From Mobula hypostoma (Eukaryota): 64,000 bases of DNA. The notes under the pieces were generated by a model. It was not told where the DNA came from, did not search any database, and saw only the letters and a program-made list of their open reading frames with translations. The stretch lies in assembly GCF_963921235.1 (NCBI RefSeq), contig NC_086097.1, positions 147,128,001 through 147,192,000 of the forward strand. The letters are read 5' to 3'. Both the position numbers and the translations under genes were made by a program. The number at the start of each line of letters is the position of its first letter. Positions within the stretch are counted from its first letter, which is position 1. Shown piece after piece: positions 51,066 through 64,000 of this stretch.

Positions 51066-51974
51066 CGTTCCCACCATCTCAAAGAGTTCCATCCATAAAA
51101 AAACACCCACTCTGGAGATTTTGTGTTGGTCATCATCAATCAAGCTTACTAATTTGTTGTTCCCCTTAATGGCATTCTCTTTACCAAATGCAAAGCAGGT
51201 ACAGAATGATATATTCACTGAGAACTCATAGGGCCTACATAAGAGTCAAATCAATGTGAATACTATTTGATTATAGTTGCAATGTTTTCTAAAGGTGGAC
51301 AGTATTGGGAGCAGATTACAATGTCTATAAGTACCTTGACATGACAAAAACCATAGTTCTATGTTGCTACTCAGGATGTTTTCTTTTTTCCTAAATTTTA
51401 TTTATTGGCCTCTCGAGGTTATCCCTAAATTAGCACAATACTGGGACTGCCAGCCAAATTCAGTTTGTTTACGCAGCAGCTTCCTAACTAAGTGCTTGCG
51501 TATTTGACATTCAATGAGATCACAACTGTTGCATCCAACAATAAAGCACATTCCTGTTTTGTGCCATTAGTTTTAAGAGACCAGCGTTAAACCAAAATTC
51601 TCATATCACGTGCTCCAAATTATAGTTCCACCTTGTGACTTTGCCTGTCAGCTACAGGTGGATAAGAATGGTTAAAAAGAATCGATCATTGTCATTATTG
51701 AGCTGAAATAACAACTGTGTTTTTTGTTTAATGCCAAATGCAGTTTATTTTCTTAAACATAAAGGAATATTTAAACAGAATGAGCTCTGCCTGCAATCTT
51801 TATCCACACAAAGCAGGAAAACAAGAACAAGTATCTCAAAGGTCTCTGGTAAAGAAAATCAAGAACTATCTAAGACCACAATCAGTATAACTGATTTAAT
51901 CTGCCATCCAATTTGTGGCAGAGTTGACAAATTAATCAGTCTGCAGGAATGGCCCTGAACTTCAGTTTTTGTCA

Positions 51975-52437
51975 GGATGGAGCTCCCAGGACTGGACACC
52001 ATCTGTTCCAGCAGACTCAGGAGGAGAGCAATCAGCATAACCAGAGACACCACACACCCCGGCCACTCCCTGTTTGACCCACTGCCGTCCAGCGCAAGGT
52101 TCAGGACACTAAAAGCCAGAACAAATAGACTGAGGAACAGTTTCTATGCCAGAGCTGTGGCCTCCATCACACCACCCCCACAGAACAATGACTGAAACTG
52201 TGAGCACACACATGCAGACACAAGGACTCAAATACTTGCACTGACGGCACTTTGTGCATTACTGTGATATTCTGGTGCTGCTGCAACTTATTTTCTGCTA
52301 CTTATCTATTTAGTACTGTTTTTCTATTACTATCTTGTTTTTATCTATCGCTTTATTTAATTGCCTGAGAGAAAGCCATACAGAGTTTCATTGTACCTAT
52401 GCATAATGACAATAAAGATCATTCAATTCAATTCAAA
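51975..52437 (+). mobile_element. Rex1/Babar 3' end with (ATTCA)n tail
   Basis: 'ISITRDTTHPGHSLFDPLPSSARFR..RLRNSFY'; AATAAAGATCATTCAATTCAATTCAA. Confidence 0.88.
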
Positions 52438-53240
52438 GTTGCCTGCAAATTTAATTCACTATCCCGCTCCCATTCTGACCCCTCTGTCCATGGCCTTCTA
52501 CACTGTTAATATAAGGCCCAACACAAGCTCAGGGAACAACAATTCATCTTCCCTTTTGGGTGTGTTGCAGTTTGCAGAACTCAATATTAAATTCTCAAAG
52601 TTAAAATCAAAGTTGGATTAATTGTCTTATGCACAAGAACAATAAAAAACTTACTTGCAGCTGTATCACAGGCACATTTTATCACAGACAATTTTTTCAA
52701 ATACAACAAATTGTGCACAATTTTAACAAGAGAAAATAATTAGAACAAGCCCATTTTAATACAAAGTCGTCAGCGTGGTCATGGTGTTACTAAGCTGGGG
52801 GTGGTGATTAGGATTTTGCCTGATGGTTCAAGAAAACGATGGTTGAAAGAAAGAATTTGTTCTTGAACTCTGGGTAATTTGTACTTTTTCTTTGTGTCAT
52901 AATTAGCCATTTCTGCCTTCCATACCCGTCTTCCTTTGTTTCATTTGTATATTCTGACCTGCTTGTCTTGTCCTGTAAATCAGACTCTACAATATGACCC
53001 AACTTTCAATACTAACAACACATTACACCAAAGAAGCTTAACATATTGGCCACACTATTTCACCCTATCATGAAAAATTCCCTTTATTCCATCCAAACAT
53101 CCTACATCTTCTCTGTGACTTAGACAAACATGTTTCTCTCTTTTTCAGTTCTAAGGAAAGACCTCAGACCTCAAAAGTTAAAGAGTTGACCTGCTCTTTC
53201 CCACTTTTATTCTCTCTTTCAGATATCCAGTATCTTCCTT
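52438..53240 (+). mobile_element. Decayed Penelope-like element 3' part, interrupted by a minus-strand Rex1/Babar tail (~52600-52875)
   Basis: GIY-YIG C-terminal-like 'LGVLQFAELNIKFS' at ~52555-52595; decayed pLTR end at ~53140-53240. Confidence 0.5.
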
Positions 53241-56200
53241 TGATTGACATTGTTATTGGTTTATTACTGTCACAGGTACCAATGTAGACAGTGAAAAGCT
53301 TGTTTTGCATACTTCTGATATAAATCAAATCATTACATAATGCAGAGGGAGAATAAGGTAAAACAATAACAATGCAGAATAAAATGTAAAAGCTACTGAA
53401 AAAGTACAGTGCAAGTAAATGATTAAGTGCAAGATCATAACAAGGTAGATTGTGAAGTCAAGAATATACCTTAATGTACAAGAGCACCATTAAAAAGTTT
53501 GATGATAGTGGTTTAGTAGATGTGTTTGAAAATGCAACTCGGAGGACAGAGTAAAGTCAAGGTGGCACTAAACAGCGACTCCTTTGCTTACATATTCAGA
53601 AACAGCTCTATTTCTATCTTTGATATCTCTTTTTTTTTCCTTTTTAAGCTTCTTTTGAAGACCCTGACCTGGACTTACACTCTGACTTCGGTTCTTTGTG
53701 GGAATGGGACCCGCTCTCAGGGCCTCATAGCCGACCTCTTTTTGATATCCCAAGGACCTGGGAGACTAGCACACCTTCAGGGTTCTGGATTTTTGTGGCT
53801 CTGGAGATGAGCAGATTCAAGGCCGGTGTCCCTGACTGAGACATCACAGGAGAACACGGAACATTGGGAACAGCAGGTTAGCTGCCATGGGCAGTGTGTC
53901 CAGAGACCTGAGCTCTCTGGGCACAGAGCTCGGAAAAAGCGATGCAACAGACTTTCAACATCATAAATCAGCGAGTTGATTGTTATGTCTCCCCTCTCGC
54001 TGTGCTTTATGTCCAAATAATACCCGTTGAAGGTGATTTTAAAAGTAGGCTGGTGAACAGAAGATCCCTTGCCTGTATCTTCTTAGTTCAATAGAGTTAA
54101 GGATGGGGAGATAGATATTGTTTCATACATTTGACCTCAACTCACTTTGGTGTAGCAAAGCTTGTCAAAGCTCACACAGCACTACAACTCAATTTTCCTT
54201 TAATTGCTTACTCACTGAGAACTTTTACAAATATTATCCAGCATTTCCCTTTAAAGTACTGTTTGTATAAACTTGAAATATACGAACACTCCCCTCTACA
54301 ATTTTAAATGACTTTGATGAGCCATTTTCTAAATCTAAAGAGACCCAGTCCGGCCTGCAGCACTTTGTAAGTTACTAAAGCATAATCTGAATTTTATATT
54401 ATAAAATTCACATCCATGGTCGATGCAACCCAATACTCCCATTTTGAATGCTCTCTCCTTTTTTCATTCTCAAATATTTGCTGTAGTTATGTGAAATGTT
54501 GTTCTTCCACCCTGAGGCAGTGCATTAGTTTATTGTCTCTCACAGGAATGTCTGCCTGTTTGACATTTTGACCAGTATCACTCAAAGGTATTTGATGGGA
54601 ACATTTCTGGGTTAATCAGCATTAGGCTTATGAATATCTGGGCTGTAAATTTCTGGCTCTGACACCTGCTTTGGGAAAATGGTACCGCTAGACCTGCAGC
54701 AAGATTGCATAACTCCAGCAATCCTTTGAGCATTAACATTTCCAAAGACTTTTGGGAAGGATTCAGACTTGGTGGGCCCATAGTTGCTACTTCTCTGCGG
54801 GTTTATATAGTCTCCAGAGATTTAGACAAAACAAACAAGTTTTCTCGACTGAAATAAACACATCATTGTGCCTTCTCATTATTTCTACTTTTTTTTTAAT
54901 GTTAGTGCGTAACTCATCCTATTTGTACTTCTGATTGAATGATTTTTCCAGTATTTCCTTCAGATCACATTCCCTTTTAAACGTCTATTTTAAAGACCTT
55001 TCATTCTTCAGGAAATGCTGGGATATGAAGCGTGGGAAATGTTCTGTATTTAAAGGCCACAAGACTGACCTTACAGTGCAGCTGCCTTATTTACACTTTA
55101 ACTTGGTTTGTTTAATCAATTTATTTTGCTGCTGCCCCAGAAACTAGCTCATGTAGCTTCTATTATCCATAAATTAGACAATGAAGCTAGAAGATTACAA
55201 GCCTGTTAGCCAGGCATTAATTATTAGAAAGCTTGGAGAGGCAATAGTTGGAAATTTCCCGTACAATCACCAAGCAGGACAGGGCTCCATTAAATCCATA
55301 ACCGTGTCTGGCAAATTTAAAGTAATACAATAGCTTTAAAACATGCACTAAGAGGCTCTAGAACAGCTTCTATCATGCTGTTATAAGATTTAGTTCACAA
55401 TATACTCAAACTCTTGATCATACAATGTACCTCAAAATGTCTGTACCGCACTTCCATATAACTGTAACACGATATTCCATTTTTCTCCTTGTACTACCTT
55501 GATGCACTTGAGTTTTAAAATTATCTATACAGATTGCATGCATAACAAAGGTGTTCACTGTGTCTTGGTATACATAGCAACAATAAAACAATTACCAGTT
55601 GTCTTGAGGAAGTAACTGGACAGTGGTTGAGAAAATCCAATCAATAGCTGCTGATTTCCAGAAGGACTTCACTGAGTTACATCACAATAAAATACTTCAG
55701 AACATAAAATCTTGCAATGAGAATGTTAATGGGTTGTTAATTATTGCAAAGAGATTCTTGCAGAAGTATTTCCATATTATCATATGTCTTCAAAATGCCT
55801 GCAAGTACTTCAGATTTAATGAATGACTTTAAAGGCAGTGACTGGTTTTATATGGCTAAATCTGGCAGTTACTTTATATGAGAAAATACTCAAACAGTAC
55901 GTGGTGCTAATTTACCTTCCGTAACTTTGTGATAGAAAGAAATAAAATTTATCGCTGCAGTAGAATAATTTAAATATCTCCCCAAGATCACTGACACATT
56001 CTTGAGACCTGAGTGAAAGAATTGGGCTTGAATTTAATCAACTTTGCATCCAGAAGGTTGCATTACTAACACACTCGACTCTCTTGGGATTGCACTTGAG
56101 TGACAGCTTAGTTTATTAAAATTTGCAAACTTTTCATTTAAAAGTGAGAATGAAAGAAATTGAAAGAGCAATTACATCAACAGGAAATGACTAGGTCTCA

Positions 56201-57312
56201 TGATGTTGGCCATCTATTACAGCTGGTTTTCTTGTTTTAGTGGTATGTTTGTTTAAAACTTTTGACTCAAAACATACTCAAAAGTACTTATGACTACTGG
56301 ATTTCTATTTCCCAAGCTCATTCATTATGTACTAATCCTGTAACCAAAATTCAAATTGCAATATTTTGATTTTCTGACAGCAATTTAGTTGAGAGTCTGA
56401 CAGCAATTTAGTAAACTTAATGAAATTAAAAAGGAACTTCTTTAGGTGTTCATTTTATGGCAAAAGTTATTGAACAATTAGCAGAGTATCTATCCTCATA
56501 TTCTTCTTCCTATCTCTCGCGAAAACAGGGCAATGATTGACTAGATAGCACCTACTTTCTATCTTGGTTCAAACAACCCCATTCATAAAAACTAATGAAT
56601 CTTGCATTTCATTCAACTGAAAGAGATGAGTGGCATTGTATATTAATTAATTCCATGGTGCACAATAACTTTATTTTACCATTTGCTATCAAGCAAGAAT
56701 TTACATTTTTTTCAGGGCCACATTACTTCAACCTCTGCACAGGTGTTTGGCCCCCAAAATCATGACCCTCAATGTGAAGTGGTTAAAATGAAATTCTTCT
56801 TCCCTTCTCTGTTTTGGTCAAATATAATTGATAAGTTAAAGTTACCATTTTTATCGGTGCTACTACCTCCAGTGTCCCTATAATCTACTGAGAACTCAAA
56901 ATTTCTACAATTCAACCGTACCTGATATACTTTGTTCCCCTTTTGACAGTATTACCTCAGGCTGTCCAGGACCAAGTTCAGGAACTCACTTTCTAAATCT
57001 GTCATGTTTTCCACTTTACTTTGCCCCTTTAAGAATTCTTAAAATCTACCTCATTAACCAAGGGATATTGTTCATTTAACGTTTTTGTCCTTTATCTAAT
57101 TATGCCACTGTGTAGTGTCTTGAAACATTATGTTTTATGATAAAGATTCTGTCTAAAATCAAGTTGCTGGTAGTTTACTAATTTACATAACAATGGTGAC
57201 CCATGATTTTGCCTCAGGGTAGACTATCAATCCACACAGCACTGATCCTTGACAGCATTAAGTGCCTCTACCGTACAACAAGAAACCAAAAGAACATCAG
57301 TCACGTAAACCA

Positions 57313-58530
57313 GAATGAGAATCAGAATCAGGTTTATTATCACCGGCATGTGACGTGAGATTTGTTAACTTAGCAGCAGCAGTTCAATGCAATACATAAT
57401 ATAGAAGAGAAAAAAATAAATAAAATAAATCAATCAATCAATCAATTATGGTATACGTATATTGAAGTATAGCCGCTGTCTTGCCTCCTTTATAACTACA
57501 TCGATATGTTGGGACCAGGTTAGATCCTTAGAAATCTTGACACCCAGGAACTTGAAACTGCTCACTTTCTCCACTTCCGAACCCTCTGTGAGGATTGGTA
57601 TGTGTTCCTTCATCTTACCCTTCCTGAAGTCCACAATCAGCTCTTTCGTCTTACTGACGTTGAGTGCCAGGTTGTTGCTGTGGCACCACTCCACTAGTTG
57701 GCATATCTCACTCATGTACACCCTCTCGTCACCACCTGAGATTCTACCAACAATGGTTGTATTGTCAGCAAATTTATAGATCATATTTGAGCTATGCCTA
57801 GCCACACATTCATGTGAATACAGAGAGTAGAGCAGTGGGTTAAGTATACACCCCTGAGGTGCGCCAGTGATGATCGTCAGTGAGGAGGAGAAGTTATCAC
57901 CAATCCACACAGACTGTGGTCTTCCGTTTAGGAAGTTGAGGATCCATTTGCAGGGGAAGGTACAGAGGCCCAGGTTCTTCAACTCCTCAATCAGGATTGT
58001 AGGAATGATGGTATTAAATGCTGAGCTATAGTCAATGAATGGCATCCTGACATAGGTGTTCGTGTTATCCAGGTGGTCTAGAGCCATGTGGAGAGCCATT
58101 GAGACTGCAACTGCCGTTGACCTATTGTGATGATAGGCAAATTTCAATGGGTGCAGGTCCTTGCTGAGGCAAGAGTTCAGTCTAGTCATGACCAACCCCT
58201 CAAAGCTTTTCATCACTGTAGATATGAGTGCTACCAGGCGATAGTCATTAAGGCGGCCCACATTATTCTTCTTAGGCACTGCTATAATTGTTGCCTTTTT
58301 GAAGTAAGTGGGAACCTCCGCCCGTAGCAATGAGAGGTTAAAAATATCCTTGAATACTCCTGCTAGTTGGTTGGCACAGATCTTCAGAGTCTTACCAGGT
58401 ACTCCATCGGGACCTTCTGCCTTGCGAGGGTTCACTCTCTTTACGACAGTCTAATATCGGCCTCTGAGACAGAGATCACAGGGTCATCTGGTGCAGCAGG
58501 GATCTTCACAGCTGTAGTTGTGTTCTCCAC
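57313..58530 (-). mobile_element. Rex1/Babar RT fragment with a deletion joining the RT directly to the tail
   Basis: 329-aa frame 'KAEGPDG..FIDYSSAFNTI..GAPQGC..YKFADN'; breaks at 'RQRLYF' (~57467) into the tail with (GAATCA)n. Confidence 0.9.
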
Positions 58531-58691
58531 ATAATGTATGGACTACATAATTGAATTAAGGAGTAAAAATGATCATTTATAACATCTGCACACAAACACG
58601 AGGAACTCTGCAGATGCTGGAAATTCAAGCAACACACATCAAAGTTGCTGGTGAACGCAGCAGGCCAGGCAGCATCTCTAGGAAGAGGTAA

Positions 58692-58728
58692 GGTCGACGT
58701 TTCAGGCCGAGACCCTTCATCAGGACTA
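58692..58728 (-). ncRNA. Minimal type I hammerhead ribozyme motif
   Basis: Minus strand AGTC-CTGATGA-A-GGGTCTCGGCCT-GAAA-CGTC-GACC: both conserved boxes, stem II, a GUC cleavage triplet and a 3-bp GTC/GAC stem I. Confidence 0.7.
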
Positions 58729-58731
58729 GAC

Positions 58732-58766
58732 GCCCTGACGAAGGGTCTCGGCCCGAAACGTCGACT
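58732..58766 (+). ncRNA. Minimal type I hammerhead ribozyme motif
   Basis: GCC-CTGACGA-A-GGGTCTCGGCCC-GAAA-CGTC-GACT: core intact, stem I has one mismatch. Confidence 0.65.
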
Positions 58767-59180
58767 GTACCTCTTCCTAGAGATGCTGCCTGGCCTGCTG
58801 CGTTCACCAGCAACTTTGATGTGTATATAGAACATCTGGCACATTCTCAGCTCATTGTGTGAGCTACATGAAACAGTTTCATTAATAGCCATACATTAAG
58901 GCTGCAAACAACATCAGTAAAAAAGAGCAAGAATAGGACACATGGCACTTGAGTCTCCTCATCCATTTACTGGAATCATGGCTAATCTGATCTTTGTTCA
59001 TTTTTTTTGCCTGATTCTCATTACCGATGGTTTTCCTATTTTCCAAAAAATACTACCTATCCCAGCATTGAATGTTCTGAGTGCCTCAGTAGTCAGAGTC
59101 ATAGAGAGAAAACATCACACTGTATGGAAACAAAGCCTTTAACACAGCAAGCCAATTGAACATCCACTTTACCCAAATCC

Positions 59181-59259
59181 AAATCTTCCCAAACTTTTTA
59201 TGTCATGGACCCCTACCACTAACCAAGTGGGTCTGTAGACCCCAGGCTGGAAATCCCTG
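59181..59259. mobile_element. Small hAT-like MITE inside a decayed minus-strand SINE (~59095-59525), itself within CR1 remnants (~58930-59770)
   Basis: Ends CAAATCTTCCCAAAC / GGCTGGAAATCCCTG; 8-bp flanks CCCAAATC / CCCTAATC. Confidence 0.5.
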
Positions 59260-60249
59260 CCCTAATCTAATTTTATTCTCTCCCACTTTCCCATCAGTCC
59301 TTAGTCCACTCCACACAGATTCAACCACCTAACCTATAGACCGGAGGAAATTTATAGGACCCTTTTAACCTTCCAACCTACATATCCATGAATGTGAGGA
59401 GAAACCCAAAGGAAATCCATGCAGTCACCAGAAAATTGTTCAAACCATGAGTTTATTAAATGTCAGGCCAACCCTGAGTCATTGGAGCTGTGAAGCAGAG
59501 TCTCTATGAGCTGTACCACGGTGCCCTTCTGGGCTAAGTATTTCCAAAAATTTATAATCTTCAAGAGAGGAAATTCATTCTCATCATAAATCAGCACTTT
59601 ATGCCAAGACTGTCCACTAGTTCTGCACGTAGATGCTGAGATAATGCTTTCAAATGTGGGGCTTCCTCAGGATAAAGTGCTGACTTACAATGATTCTTCC
59701 AGTTAAGATAACCGCTCATTCCTGGAATCATCTTGGTGAATACACACTTTTCACACTGAAGCACGCCTAGTCTCATGCGAGGAAGTAGGATTGGATTAAG
59801 GAAGGAGGCTCACTGAAATTATTTCTACAATTGTTAGGTGTTCATCATGAATGAGAACAACAGCTTTATTTCTCAAGCACCAACAGACTAGTCCTGTCAG
59901 GGCTTTGCAAATGAAAAATCTTAAAGATGGGGAGGGGAGTGTAAATCCTGACTACTATGATCCTTGACTTGATATTCATCACTGCTGCCATAATGTTTCG
60001 CAAACATCAGAGAGAAGAAGCCTAATCCCATATGAATGTCAGCAACCTTTACATTGAAACTACCACATTAGCCCCACCAAATGCTGCTTTTCTCCACAGT
60101 ACTTTGCTGCTCGTGCCCATGTAAAAATCAGTCATGGGCAGCACAGTTGCAGTTGGAAGAGCAACTGCTTTGTGGAGCTGGAGACCTGGAGTCATTTCTG
60201 AAGAAGGCAGGTGCCAGAATAAAAAGGTGGTGGGAGAGGATAGATTGAC

Positions 60250-60717
60250 TGTCCGGGTATCCTCCAACCTGATGGTATGAACATCAATTTCTCTAACTTC
60301 TAGTAACTTTTCCCCTCTGCTCCCTTTTCTCTTTTTCCATCCCCTATTCTTGTTACCCTCTCACTCCTTCTCTTCTTACCTCCCTCTGGTTCCACTCTCC
60401 CTTCCGTTGCTTCCATTGTTCACTGTCCTCTCTGTCATTTTCCTTCCTCTTCAGCCTATCACCTCCCAGCTTCTTACTTCATCCCTCTCTCTCACCCATC
60501 CACCTTCTCCCTCACCTGGTCCCACCTATCACCTGCCAGCTTGATCTCCTCCCCCTTCCCTCATCACCTTGTTCTGCCTTCTGCCACCTTCCTTTCCAGT
60601 TCTGATGAACAGTTTTTGCTCAAAATATCAACCAAATTCCCCTTCATAGATGCTTCCTGACTTGCAGAGTTTCTGCGGCGTTACTTTAGATTTCCAGCAT
60701 CTTCAGAATCTCTTGAG
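60250..60717 (+). mobile_element. Penelope-like element 3' end (GIY-YIG tail and pLTR) splitting a SINE (head ~60137-60200, body ~60740-60970)
   Basis: 'LQPDGMNINFSNF*'; pyrimidine tract; decayed hammerhead CTGATGA...CAAAA at ~60602-60625; ends GATTTCCAGCATCTTCAGAATCTCTTG. Confidence 0.75.
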
Positions 60718-61889
60718 CCTATAGTAACATTGATTTGCTGTGGGTGATCCACATCCCAAGGTCATGTGGATTGGTAGGTTAGCTGACCATTGTAAATAGG
60801 CCCGAGTGTTTAAGTTATTGATAAAACCTGAAGGAGTTAATGGGAATGTGAGAAAAAGTTAAAAAATGAAATTAATGTAGCATTACTATATGTGGGTGGT
60901 CGACAGTCTACACAAAATCAGTGGGCTGAAGCCCCCACTTCCTTGTTGTACATCTTGATGACCCACTATGACTCTATTTTTCTGCAGCCAATTTATTTGT
61001 GTTCCTTGGATATAGTACAATTTTTTCCTATTGTGATCCTATCAGGTATAAGTTCCAGAGAGGACAGTGTACTTACCTTTCGACATTTAGTGGTTTGTAT
61101 CTATTCCTGTTACCCGGGTAATTTCTCAGTGCCTACAATAAGTGTATTTTAGTCTGTGTGCCTTTGTTCATTCACATGCTTGAATCATTGTCTTTCTAAT
61201 GCTTCTATATTAGTGAAACACATTTAACTCCTCATGCAAATTATGATTGCACAGGGAATATTACTTTGCCTTTTCAAAAATCAATTAGTTTGTTTGTCAC
61301 ATATAAAAAAGATCCTTTTACAACTGGGAATCAAAATGCCAAATCAATAACAAATTATACTGGTATTTTTGACATTTTATTTTACTGTTGGCTTCAGATT
61401 AAGTTAATGAATAAAAACTAAACCATGAGCATTGAGAAATCTTAAAATATCACTGCCGGAATTACATACTGCAGGAATAGCCCACAAGGAAAATATTGTC
61501 CTGTAAAAATAAATCTGATTTATCTTGCAGATCAGGCCACAGCCCACAGCTGCAGGATCTGCCCTAGTAAAAGTGGATTGATTGACAGGCTCTTTAGAGC
61601 GCTCTATGGAAACATTAAAACGAAATAGTTCTGTGCTTCTAATGCAGTCTGGTATATCTTTGACAGCTAAGCAAGAAACTGGCAACATGAGGGAAAAAGT
61701 CAAATTTATGTTGTCCTTGTGTTAACTTCAGTCCGTGATGGGGTGTTCTATAATCACTGCAATCCTCTTGGTGTTTAGTCACTGTTACAGTGAAGGAAAT
61801 GCACACGGCAAGCATCCACAAACCATAAGGAATTTGGGAATAACTGGACAATTCATTGTTAGTATTTCATTGAGGAAAAGTTTCCAGCT

Positions 61890-62105
61890 TTGTTTTAAAA
61901 TAATGCTGTAGAATCTGTTGCATCCAGCAAAGCAGACAAAGGGAACCTTGGTTAATATCTCACTGATAAGGTGACACTTCCCACAGTGCAGGTCTCCCTC
62001 AATGCTACACTGAAGTGTTAATTTCTGAAGTTAAGCTCAGACCTCTAGTTATGGAGCCCATGGCCTCTAGTTCAATTGTGTGAGTGCCCCTACTGTGCTC
62101 CATCT
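61890..62105 (-). repeat. Ancient DeuSINE/AmnSINE-like relic
   Basis: GGTTAATATCTCACTGATAAGGTGACACTTCCCACAGTGCAGGTCTCCCTCAATGCTACACTG; a weaker copy lies at ~55960-56160. Confidence 0.55.
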
Positions 62106-62152
62106 CACAGACTGATACAGAGATTAAGTTGAACGTGCAGATATATGATATG

Positions 62153-62586
62153 AATACTACTACTACTACGTCGACTCAGGCCTAGGGGGCCGGCGTCGGG
62201 CATGATGACAGACTCTCCACTTCTCCCTCTCCCTCATCATGTGTTCAGTTCATCTACATTAGCCGCGCCGCTGTCTTCTAGGAGCGTGTTGACCGTAGTC
62301 TTGGGAGGGCGCCCAGGGTTCATCCTCCCGTGCTTGGGCAGGTAGCTCGGGGTGGCGTAGACAGTGCTCCGCTAGTTGCAGTCTTCTCGCCTCGATTTTA
62401 GAGGTGAGCATCAGTAGGTTGTTATAGAGCTCGACATTCATTATGTGCTGTTGCTAACTCACATCAAGAGTCATCCGGAGTATTCGTGTATAGCAACCAT
62501 CTAGAGACTTCCACATAGTCTTGGTGAGTGTCCACGTCTCGCATCCGTATGTGAGAACGGACTCTATGACTGCTATGAAAATCCTA
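62153..62586 (-). mobile_element. RTE-type LINE 3' end with (TAC)n tail
   Basis: 'VIESVLTYGCETWTLTK' and 'RRLQLAEHCLRHPELPA'; trinucleotide tail at 62155-62169. Confidence 0.85.
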
Positions 62587-64000
62587 TGATATTAATGACT
62601 ATTTGAAATTACATGAATCCATAGAAAAGAATGGTCTGATTTCCCTTACTCCTGGAAGTATTACAAGCTGAAAGGAAAATAAATGATCATCTAGTTCTTG
62701 TGCCATTGTTATACTGGCAACAGATATGCTGCATCTGGGTGGATGGGGTAGAAAAGAGGAAGAGACAAAATGAAAAAGGGTGGGAACACAACGGTAGACT
62801 TAATTTGTTTATTTTTATGCCATGATCCTACTTAATTTCATCTTGGATAGGAGAGAGAAATCCAATGGACAATACACGAGAGAATATAGAATATACTCAT
62901 GTAGACGTTGAGCATATACCACTGCATTCTTTGATAAATTTGTAAATGATAGAAAGCACAGGCAGGAAATTGAAGGGAGCCTATTGCTGAAATATATCTA
63001 TAATTAATGTATACATATCCCATACATTTCTGAAGAGCAAGCAAACAAAGGGGTGTTAACCTGCGTCTATATACTACCGCTGTAAAGAAAGACGGGAAGG
63101 TGGAAGTAAGGGGGAGGATATGCCCATCAAGTATTACCATCATATCTATGCAATTACAATGCATTTCCATGTAACTGATCTGCATTGCTATGTAAATATA
63201 GTAACCTGGTTTATTTAATGGACATCAAATAACTTCAATCCCCTTGTGATATGTGCCTGACATGAATCAAATAACAAGCCTGAAATCTCTTAAAGAATAT
63301 AGTTGGAAGGTTCGTTACATAGTTATAATGGCTATAGTTTTTGAAGGGTTGACTTTGTCCATTCTCCAAAGTGGAAGTGAGTACAAGTTAATACTCAGCA
63401 GGAAATAAAACAGTTTTGTTAATAATGGGGACCTTTAATTGTAGCTTGATACTGGATGAAAGAGTGAGGTTAATTATATCACATTATATAAACAGCGACC
63501 TCGACTTCACTCTCCACTAAATCTAAAGATGAAGTAGCAAAATGTCAAAGGTAATTTTCATATGCCGCTTGCCAATACTATAACATTGTGGCCTTTTCAA
63601 ATGACCCATTTTCTTAAGTAAACTCTTGTGCATGGGTGAAACATTTTTATTTTGCTAACTGGCGTTGCTTGTGTTTACATAGAGTTTTATCATGTTGCAA
63701 TGTCTCCCCAGAATTAGTCAGACCACAAAATGTTCTTCATGTTTATTCAAGCTCTTTCAAAAGACATCTGATTAGTTCCATTCCTTCTGCACATCATTAT
63801 ATGACCTTTTTTGTTTCCTTTTCAAATATATATTAAATTTTGTTTTAAACATTAATTTGCAGCCAGGACAAGAATTTGGGTTATGCATTCGAGATTATTA
63901 ATCAAGTAAACAGCATAGAGATAAATTACTAGGTAATTTAAATAAACTTTGTCTTCCTAAGTTTGCTATGCAACCTAAATTTGGTTTGTTTTATATTGTC

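Larger units (their letters stand above)
58593..58824. mobile_element. Penelope-derived palindromic non-autonomous element
   Basis: 91-bp inverted arms 58634-58724 and 58734-58824 with 4 mismatches and a 9-nt spacer. Confidence 0.88.

Noticed and set aside
56373..56412. Short duplicate TCTGACAGCAATTTAGT as an array
   Set aside because: Only two copies; an ordinary local duplication. No CRISPR-like array exists in this eukaryotic window.
58625..58830. Near-identical 61-62 aa ORFs on both strands, or a pre-miRNA
   Set aside because: A consequence of the palindrome; the sequence is Penelope-derived and related copies occur elsewhere in the window.

Overview
Repeat-rich eukaryotic DNA, most likely intergenic or intronic. 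The repeat repertoire (CR1/HER1-type LINEs with (TTTCTATG)n tails, Rex1/Babar, fish-type L1, Penelope-derived palindromes, RTE- and tRNA-SINEs) suggests a cartilaginous fish, probably a batoid; this is inference. I could not support any intact host gene, and nearly all longer ORFs are transposon-derived. The most interesting structure is a decayed Gypsy LTR retrotransposon (6229-8952) whose RT-RNaseH-integrase core is replaced by an intronless, sense-oriented fragment of host RBM25 mRNA, a candidate for LTR-mediated gene capture. Other highlights: a palindromic Penelope-derived element with two minimal hammerhead ribozyme cores on opposite strands (58634-58824); a Sola2-like DNA transposon with a predicted 5'-UTR intron; a young CR1 with an uninterrupted 662-aa RT frame nested in an L1 with a 15-bp TSD; an RTE-derived element with twin-priming geometry; a Hero-clade RLE fragment; and a solo LTR with a perfect TSD. 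Family names come from motif recognition, not database searches. Boundaries of decayed repeats are approximate.
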